DNA of 64,000 nucleotides, taken from contig JABLXD010000022.1 in the NCBI GenBank assembly GCA_013178285.1, forward strand, positions 3,802 to 67,801, in the 5' to 3' direction. Shown here piece by piece: positions 57,798 to 64,000 of this stretch (positions are counted from its first letter, which is position 1; each line of letters begins with the position of its first letter). The notes under the pieces were generated by a model. It did not search any database, was not told the DNA's origin, and saw only the letters and a list, made by a program, of their open reading frames with translations. Source of the DNA: Methanofastidiosum sp. GTDB taxonomy: Archaea > Methanobacteriota_B > Thermococci > Methanofastidiosales > Methanofastidiosaceae. Position numbers and translations under genes: made by a program.

Positions 57798-58208
57798 ATG
57801 CGAGAAGAGATCCTTATTAAACATTTGAAGAACCTTACCCGAGAAAATAATAAAATAAAAGATGCTTTTATAATGGGTACAGACGGCCTTTTAATAGCTG
57901 TTAAAGAAAAAAAGGATGAAACTCAGAGGATAGCAGCGAGGATGGCAGGGGTAATTGATGCTGCAAGAAGGATAGAAAACATTATACCTGAAGCTCTATC
58001 AGTAACAAACAAAAATGAAAAAATAATAACAGTTCCGTTATCGGAAACTTTTTTGATAGTTGTCATAGGTAGTAAGGACCTTACCTCAAATGAAGCAATA
58101 AGACTTATTGAAAAGAGTAAACAATACATTCTTGGCATGATTGAAAAAACTGAATTTAGTGACCTATTCTCATTTAGGCCAACTGAAGTGGAAGGTCTAG
58201 ACATTTAA
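57798..58208 (+). CDS. Roadblock/LC7 domain protein
   Basis: IMGTDGLLIA motif; 136 aa. Confidence 0.65.
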   Translation: MREEILIKHLKNLTRENNKIKDAFIMGTDGLLIAVKEKKDETQRIAARMAGVIDAARRIENIIPEALSVTNKNEKIITVPLSETFLIVVIGSKDLTSNEAIRLIEKSKQYILGMIEKTEFSDLFSFRPTEVEGLDI

Positions 58209-58464
58209 TAGATCTTAACTTTTCTTATTTTAATAATTAAATGACAATTTAAGTAAAGAAATAAGTCTAGATGGTTATATAATACTATTATATCTGGACA
58301 AATATAAATTTTAAGACAAAATATATCATAATATTGCCTTATTGGGCCTAATATGACCATAATAATAGCAATAGTTATAAATACTGGAGGTTAATTCTCT
58401 ATTTTATCATTATATTAAACATATGTTTAGTATATAAAAAAATAAATGGAGGATTAATAATAAG

Positions 58465-59706
58465 GTGATTAATATGTCGATGGAAATAAGTCTATTAGAT
58501 ACAATGTGGGTGTTAATTGCCAGCTTTCTGGTATTTATTATGCACCTTGGGTTTACTACAATAGAGGCAGGATTAACAAGGTCAAAAAATACTATTAGTA
58601 TTATTACTAAGAATGTATTCACTATAGTAATGGGGAGCATCGTGTTCATGGTGATAGGCTTCACTTTGGCCTTTTCTGGCTCTGGGAGCTTCATAGGGGA
58701 CCTTGGATACTTCTTCATAAATGGAATTGGTGAAGGCCCATGGCCCGGTCTTCTGATACCTGCTCTGGCATTCTTTCTATTTCAAGCAATGTTTGCGGCA
58801 ACTTCCGCTACCATTGTAAGTGGTGCAGTTGCTGAAAGGATGAAGTTTAGTGCATACATAGTATTATCAGTGGTCCTTGTTGGATTGATATACCCAATAA
58901 TTACACACTGGGTGTGGGGTGGAGGATGGTTGTCCTCTCTAGGATTCCACGACTTTGCAGGATCAACAGTTGTACACAGCGTTGGAGCGTGGACAGCTTT
59001 GGCTACAGTGATAGTATTGGGACCTCGCTTTGGAAAGTTTGATGAAAAAGGAAATCCACGGGCTATGCCAGGACATAACATAGGGCTAGCCGCGATAGGA
59101 TGCCTTTTGCTCTGGTTTGGCTGGTTTGGATTTAACCCTGGCAGTGAACTTGCATTTGACAGCGCTGTTCCACTAATTGCAATTACAACAAACATCGCTG
59201 CTGCTGGAGGGGGGCTCGCCGCCCTTACAGTTTCCTGGCTTAAAACCAAAAAGCCTGATGCAGGTATGTTCTTAAACGGTATTCTCGCAGGTCTTGTAGC
59301 AATAACTGCGCCATGTGCAGTAGTATCTCCACAGTGGGCTTTGGTGATAGGATTAATAGCAGGTTCCATAGTAGTCTATGCGGTAGAGTTTATAGAATCA
59401 AAGCTAAAGATTGATGACCCTGTTGGAGCCATATCAGTTCACGGTGTATGTGGTGTCTTTGGAACATTGGCAGTAGGGTTGTTTGCAAGCGAAAATGGAT
59501 TGATTACAACAGGCTCTGCTTCACAACTTATAGTTCAAGCGATAGGAGTAGTCTCTACATTTGGCCTTGTCTTTTTTTCTGCACTGGTAATGGCGAAGAT
59601 AATCGATAAATTATTAGGGCTAAGAGTTTCTCCAGAGGTAGAAATAAATGGTCTTGATATTACAGAGTTTGGTGGAGATTCGTATCCAGACTTTTTAAAG
59701 ATGTGA
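58465..59706 (+). CDS. amtB: Ammonium transporter
   Basis: FQAMFA, SGAVAER, HDFAGSTVVH, LWFGWFGFN, DDPVGAISVHG. Confidence 0.96.
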   Translation: MINMSMEISLLDTMWVLIASFLVFIMHLGFTTIEAGLTRSKNTISIITKNVFTIVMGSIVFMVIGFTLAFSGSGSFIGDLGYFFINGIGEGPWPGLLIPALAFFLFQAMFAATSATIVSGAVAERMKFSAYIVLSVVLVGLIYPIITHWVWGGGWLSSLGFHDFAGSTVVHSVGAWTALATVIVLGPRFGKFDEKGNPRAMPGHNIGLAAIGCLLLWFGWFGFNPGSELAFDSAVPLIAITTNIAAAGGGLAALTVSWLKTKKPDAGMFLNGILAGLVAITAPCAVVSPQWALVIGLIAGSIVVYAVEFIESKLKIDDPVGAISVHGVCGVFGTLAVGLFASENGLITTGSASQLIVQAIGVVSTFGLVFFSALVMAKIIDKLLGLRVSPEVEINGLDITEFGGDSYPDFLKM

Positions 59707-59717
59707 GGTGGTAAAAG

Positions 59718-60056
59718 ATGAAAAAAATTGAAGCTATTATTAGGCCAGAAAAACTTGACGACATAAAGGCTGCATTGGACAAACTTGGATGTGTTGGAAT
59801 GACTATAACAGAGGTAAAAGGCAGAGGAAAAGGGGGCGGTGTGACAAAGCAGTGGCGAGGAAGGCAGTATCACGTAGACTTCATACCAAAGATAAAGATT
59901 GAGCTGGTAATCAAAGCAAAGTATCTCGATAAAGTAGTTGGTATCTTACTAGAGAGCGCACGAACAGGCAAAGAAGGTGACGGTAAGATATTCATTTCCA
60001 ACGTAGAAAAGGTTTACAGGGTAAGAACTGGTGAGGAAGACCAAAAAGCAATATAA
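59718..60056 (+). CDS. glnK: P-II nitrogen regulator
   Basis: MKKIEAIIRP, EVKGRG, T-loop, PKIKIE, TGKEGDGKIF; downstream of amtB. Confidence 0.93.
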   Translation: MKKIEAIIRPEKLDDIKAALDKLGCVGMTITEVKGRGKGGGVTKQWRGRQYHVDFIPKIKIELVIKAKYLDKVVGILLESARTGKEGDGKIFISNVEKVYRVRTGEEDQKAI

Positions 60057-60120
60057 TAATTTATTTTATTTTATTTTTAAAAATAGTAATCTTTAAATTA
60101 ATGTATTCAGTTAGTTTTTC

Positions 60121-60864
60121 ATGAGAGATATAAAATGGCAACTTAAATGGGCAATTATTCTAATTTTCTTATCGGCCTCGGTGTATATTTTCCATTATTT
60201 TATTTTTAGGGATGTCCACCACATATTTCTTTATTTGATAGGTGATATTGCTTTTGTATTTATTGAGGTGCTGATGGTTACCCTTGTAATCCATGAATTA
60301 CTGACTATAAGAGACAAGAAGGCAATGTTAGAAAAGATGAATATGGTTGTGGGAACTTTTTTTGTTGAAATGGGCAGGACCCTACTAGATCGTCTTAACG
60401 ATTTTGATAAAAATTTTGATGAGGTAAAAGAGAATTTTATAGATATCGGTAAATGGTCAAAGAAAGACTTCATAGATAAGCTTGAAATCGCGAAGAGTAT
60501 CCACTATGAAATAGATATGGAAAAAGCGGATTTAGAGATACTTAAGAAATTTTTACTTGAAAAAAGAGAGTTTATGTTAAGGCTTCTAGAAAATCCAAAT
60601 CTGTTAGAGCATGACTCATTCACAGAACTCTTGTGGGCAGTAACACATCTAACTGAAGAATTGTCGCTTAGGGATGATCTAAAAAAGTGTACTGGAACAG
60701 ATTTAAATCATTTGCAGGGAGATATGAAAAGAGCTTATGTAATTTTAATCTATGAGTGGATTGAATATATGGGTCATTTAAAAAACAAATATCCTTACCT
60801 ATTCTCACTTGCCGTCAGGATGAATCCATTTAATCCAGAAGCTTCAATAGAAATAAAAGAATAA
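60121..60864 (+). CDS. Conserved hypothetical protein with 2 N-terminal TM helices
   Basis: LLENPNLLEHDSFTELLWAVTHLTEEL and YPYLFSLAVRMNPF look conserved; function unknown. Confidence 0.6.
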   Translation: MRDIKWQLKWAIILIFLSASVYIFHYFIFRDVHHIFLYLIGDIAFVFIEVLMVTLVIHELLTIRDKKAMLEKMNMVVGTFFVEMGRTLLDRLNDFDKNFDEVKENFIDIGKWSKKDFIDKLEIAKSIHYEIDMEKADLEILKKFLLEKREFMLRLLENPNLLEHDSFTELLWAVTHLTEELSLRDDLKKCTGTDLNHLQGDMKRAYVILIYEWIEYMGHLKNKYPYLFSLAVRMNPFNPEASIEIKE

Positions 60865-60869
60865 AAAAA

Positions 60870-62057
60870 TTATTTTTTATCTTTTTTGATAATCATAGAG
60901 ATACAGTTTTGTGGACAGACCATCTTACAGAGTGCACAGCCTACGCATTTTTCAGTATCTACATCATTAAGTTTTGGATTTTTCATTGCATCTGTGGCTC
61001 CATCTCTACAAGCTGTGACACATCTTCTGCAGTCTATGCATCTTTCTGTGTCAACATCAGAGTAGACCTCATCAACGTAGTCCAATTTTTCAAGCTCAGT
61101 GATCTTTGGTAATGTAATTCCTTTCAAGTCGGCAAGTGAGTCGTATCCGTGCTCTTTCATAAATGTAAGTATGTTTTCATTCCAGCCTTTTACTATGTCA
61201 AATCCATACCACATTGCAGCTGTTGCAAGTTGGACTGTGCCGGCTCCCATCATCATATACTCAATTACATTTTCCCATGTATCAATTCCACCGATACCTG
61301 AAACATTAATACCTTCTCTTGCAATTTCTCCGACCATTCTAAGTCCTATTGGTCTAACGGCTGGCCCAGAGTATCCTCCAAAGCCTCCTTTGCCCCAAAC
61401 ATCGGGCAATGGATTTCCGGTATTGATATCAACACCAGATAAAACCAAAACAGTATTAATCGCAGATACCCCTTTGGCACCGCCTTTTATTGCTTCTTTT
61501 GCAATTGAGGCAATATCAGTTACATTTGGGGTTAGTTTTGTCATGATTGGTATGCTAACAGCTTCTGCTGCTGCCTTTGAAACTTCACTAGTCAATGGAC
61601 AATCTTGACCTATATATGCTCCCATTGCACTATCTGACATGTGAGGACATGAAACATTAAGTTCTATTATATCTGCACCTTCTGCTTCTACATCTTTTGC
61701 AAGCTTTGCCCATTCATCGAGGTCTGTACTTGCCATTATGCTTGCAACAATTGGGGTACCGTGGGTTTTCTTTAATTCTCTTAGTACTTTAAACTCTTTT
61801 TTCCACCAGTCAAAGACATAGGTAGAAATATGCTCTATGTTCTGCATTCCAAATAATCTGTTTCTAACTTTTACTCCCTGAAATCTTGGTTTTGGATCGT
61901 GGAATTGTCTGTAAGAAATAGTCTTAGTAACTCCACCACCAAATCCAGCTTCTACAGCCCTTTTTATATGATCTGCATCCAAAGTTGGGGGGGCTGAAGA
62001 GAGAAGAATCGGACTTTTAAACTCAACACCTAAAAATTCAACACCTAAATCGACCAT
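60870..62057 (-). CDS. preA: Dihydropyrimidine dehydrogenase PreA-like subunit (FMN barrel plus 2x[4Fe-4S])
   Basis: ELNVSCPH..AMG..IGQD, KLTPN, AINT, GGYSGPAVRP, GIGGI; CIDCRRC / CVGCALC ferredoxin motifs. Confidence 0.8.
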   Translation of the reverse strand: MVDLGVEFLGVEFKSPILLSSAPPTLDADHIKRAVEAGFGGGVTKTISYRQFHDPKPRFQGVKVRNRLFGMQNIEHISTYVFDWWKKEFKVLRELKKTHGTPIVASIMASTDLDEWAKLAKDVEAEGADIIELNVSCPHMSDSAMGAYIGQDCPLTSEVSKAAAEAVSIPIMTKLTPNVTDIASIAKEAIKGGAKGVSAINTVLVLSGVDINTGNPLPDVWGKGGFGGYSGPAVRPIGLRMVGEIAREGINVSGIGGIDTWENVIEYMMMGAGTVQLATAAMWYGFDIVKGWNENILTFMKEHGYDSLADLKGITLPKITELEKLDYVDEVYSDVDTERCIDCRRCVTACRDGATDAMKNPKLNDVDTEKCVGCALCKMVCPQNCISMIIKKDKK

Positions 62058-62061
62058 TAGA

Positions 62062-63210
62062 TCACCTTCCATACTTTAATCCATATACTTGTGGGATAAT
62101 AGAATATTTTGAACCTGCGGCCCTTTTCAGGAATGAAGGATCGTTTGTAATAAACGGATATGCCCTCCACTTTGAATCAGCCCTAGCAACGATGGCTTTG
62201 GAGAATACGTCATTCTTAAGGCCATATGTTATTAAGGCTGTTATAACTCCACCATCTTGACTATGTGGTGATGGATTTTTGGCCCTTGCCGCAACAATCT
62301 CAGGTTCTTCCTGATTCTTCAAGAGGATATTCTTGAAAGAATGTGTTCTTGGACAGGACATGTAGCAACATCCACAATCAGGCAAACAACTCCTAATACT
62401 GTAGGGCCTCCCATCCTCCAGTATTTCTATATTATAACATGGACATGCAAGGGCGCATGTTCCACATGCTACACAAAGCCCTGGTTGCAAAATTTCTTTT
62501 TCTAGGTCCATAAACTTCTTTTTATGTCCTTTCTCAATAAATCCTTCTAAATTATCATCTTTTTCCAAATCTACAAAAGGAAGTTTGAATCCCTTATCTT
62601 GAGCAAGTTTGATAGATTTTTTAGCCTGTTTGTTATTTAGATCTATAACCTTATTTAGTGCTTCCATTTGGACGTTTGGCGAGACTTCAATTAAGTCTTG
62701 GTCAATAAGTTTCTTGAACAAATCCTTTGCTTCTTTAGTTCTCAAAATTATAGTTGACCATCCTGCCTCTGTCCCCACACTCCCTATAGATATATCTGCA
62801 AAATCACCAGTAAAATCCGTACACTGTCTGCAGTTTCCTCTAGCATACTTTGATACTTCTGCTATCTTTCTTGACCTAACTTCTTTGTCTGTATATGCAT
62901 AGAAAATTCCACTCGAGATATTCATCTTATTGACTTCTTCTAATGGTAAGCCCATATTTTTTTCAACAAAAGATGGTATTGTTTTTGGAGAAAAATTTTC
63001 CTTGCAAAATACGGCTATAGTGAATACTCTTTTTGGCCAGTGGGGGTAGTCTGAATCTCTATCTTTATAGAATTCTTTGAATTCATTTGTAAGCGCCATT
63101 ATCTTCTTTACACCGTTTATCTCACATGGATTTCCTACTATGACTACTTGTGCTCTGGGGTCTTTAGTTGTCTCGGAGAAACTAACCTCCTTGATAATAG
63201 CTTCACTCGT
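62062..63210 (-). CDS. Circularly permuted FrhB/FdhB-family flavoprotein, probable ACG start
   Basis: VGNPC, FCKENF, CRQC, ADISIGSVG first; then 2x[4Fe-4S]; then QDGGVIT...AGSKY. Confidence 0.85.
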   Translation of the reverse strand, partial: TSEAIIKEVSFSETTKDPRAQVVIVGNPCEINGVKKIMALTNEFKEFYKDRDSDYPHWPKRVFTIAVFCKENFSPKTIPSFVEKNMGLPLEEVNKMNISSGIFYAYTDKEVRSRKIAEVSKYARGNCRQCTDFTGDFADISIGSVGTEAGWSTIILRTKEAKDLFKKLIDQDLIEVSPNVQMEALNKVIDLNNKQAKKSIKLAQDKGFKLPFVDLEKDDNLEGFIEKGHKKKFMDLEKEILQPGLCVACGTCALACPCYNIEILEDGRPYSIRSCLPDCGCCYMSCPRTHSFKNILLKNQEEPEIVAARAKNPSPHSQDGGVITALITYGLKNDVFSKAIVARADSKWRAYPFITNDPSFLKRAAGSKYSIIPQVYGLKYGR

Positions 63211-63351
63211 TTATATCCCTCCTATCTTTAAATTTTCAAAAACCAAAATAGATAAAAACATGATTTCTTTATGTTTTTTTTATTTAAATAGTTTTCGTCG
63301 TATATTCATTTAAATAAATAAATAGTAAAATATATGCGGATTAGACCTGAA

Positions 63352-63999
63352 TTAACGAATAATATCCGCTTTTCTCTTTAGGGCCCGTTTTTTTCTTAGA
63401 TAATACATGAAAGGATTATTAATTCTTCTTGCAGTAACAGTTTTATTTTTTACAAATGCTAAAAGTTGTTTTTTTACTTCTTCTTCTGGCAATCCAGTTT
63501 TTTGGATTATTTCATTTAGCGGACGCATTCTATCCTTTAAAACAAGTAAAATTTTTTCTCCGATTGTGTTGCCCTTAAGATTTTCAAGAACTTCTTTTTT
63601 TGTGACTTCATAAAAGTACATCTTGCAGAAACTGTCCGGCTCACAAAGTGTTGGGGCGTTTTCTTTCACCTTTGCACACCCAGGAGGGATATACCATTTG
63701 CTTCTGCCAAAGTTATCTAAGGTGGGGTAAGCTAAGCCAAATCCAAGATGGTAGTAGATGTTCAATTCTTCTTGAGGTTGATCTTCAAGAAATGGAGGGT
63801 TACATTTGTTAGCAGCTGATAAAATCAAAGGTATGACTTCATTTATTAAAATATTAATTTGAGTTTCGTTTAGTGAAGGCTTTTCATCTTTCGAGAAAAT
63901 TTTAGTCGAAGGTAATAATCTTGAATAGGATAAAAAAGAAGATAGGAATAAGGTAATGGCATAATTTCTGTCACCAGCGCCAACACCAGAAAGGGCTTT
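63352..63999 (-). CDS. priL: DNA primase large subunit, 3' part (5' end lies beyond the window)
   Basis: Frame is open to the window end: GDRNYAITLFLSSFLSY, KCNPPF, YHLGFG, WYIPPGC, LCEPDSFC, NPFMYY. Confidence 0.8.
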   Translation of the reverse strand, partial: KALSGVGAGDRNYAITLFLSSFLSYSRLLPSTKIFSKDEKPSLNETQINILINEVIPLILSAANKCNPPFLEDQPQEELNIYYHLGFGLAYPTLDNFGRSKWYIPPGCAKVKENAPTLCEPDSFCKMYFYEVTKKEVLENLKGNTIGEKILLVLKDRMRPLNEIIQKTGLPEEEVKKQLLAFVKNKTVTARRINNPFMYYLRKKRALKRKADIIR

Positions 64000-64000
64000 T

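Noticed and set aside
58272-58297. Xer dif-like site (..ATATAA-TACTA-TTATATCT..)
   Set aside because: The arms resemble archaeal dif sites, but the spacer is 5 bp rather than the required 6 and the outer arms match poorly.
58782-59369. 195-aa antisense ORF within amtB (similarly 61099-61608, 36487-36930, 10454-10963)
   Set aside because: These are shadow ORFs expected from codon bias in long genes; they have no SD or recognisable motifs.

Overview
Archaeal chromosomal segment, most likely from Ca. Methanofastidiosa (WSA2/Arc I). This placement is an inference from the Thermococcales-like PriL, TrmI and DUF835 sequences, class I LysRS, CarS and the AT-rich composition. 1-6.3 kb is housekeeping (TraB, LysRS, site-2 protease, SAMP/ThiS, TtuA). 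tRNA-Thr(GGU) at 7068 is followed by a ~35 kb variable region: a toxin-antitoxin-rich patchwork (6.3-15.5 kb), a glycosylation cluster (15.6-30 kb), a surface-protein operon around a frameshifted ~1600-aa gene (30-41 kb), and a second TA patch (41.2-42.4 kb). Then come a VTC-DUF4956-CotH triad, housekeeping genes (mtnA, carS, trmI, secF, secD), a two-component pair, AOR plus class II aldolase, amtB-glnK, a PreA plus FrhB-like operon, and the 3' part of priL. Highlights: (1) a circularly permuted FrhB-family protein paired with PreA in place of PreT; (2) copies of the surface gene's 3' end delimiting TA cassettes, one differing only at synonymous sites; (3) two genes that appear to start at ACG; (4) two unannotated RHH-like mini-ORFs heading the surface operon. 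No CRISPR array, integrase, transposase or reverse transcriptase was seen. All family calls are by-eye motif recognition; no searches were run.
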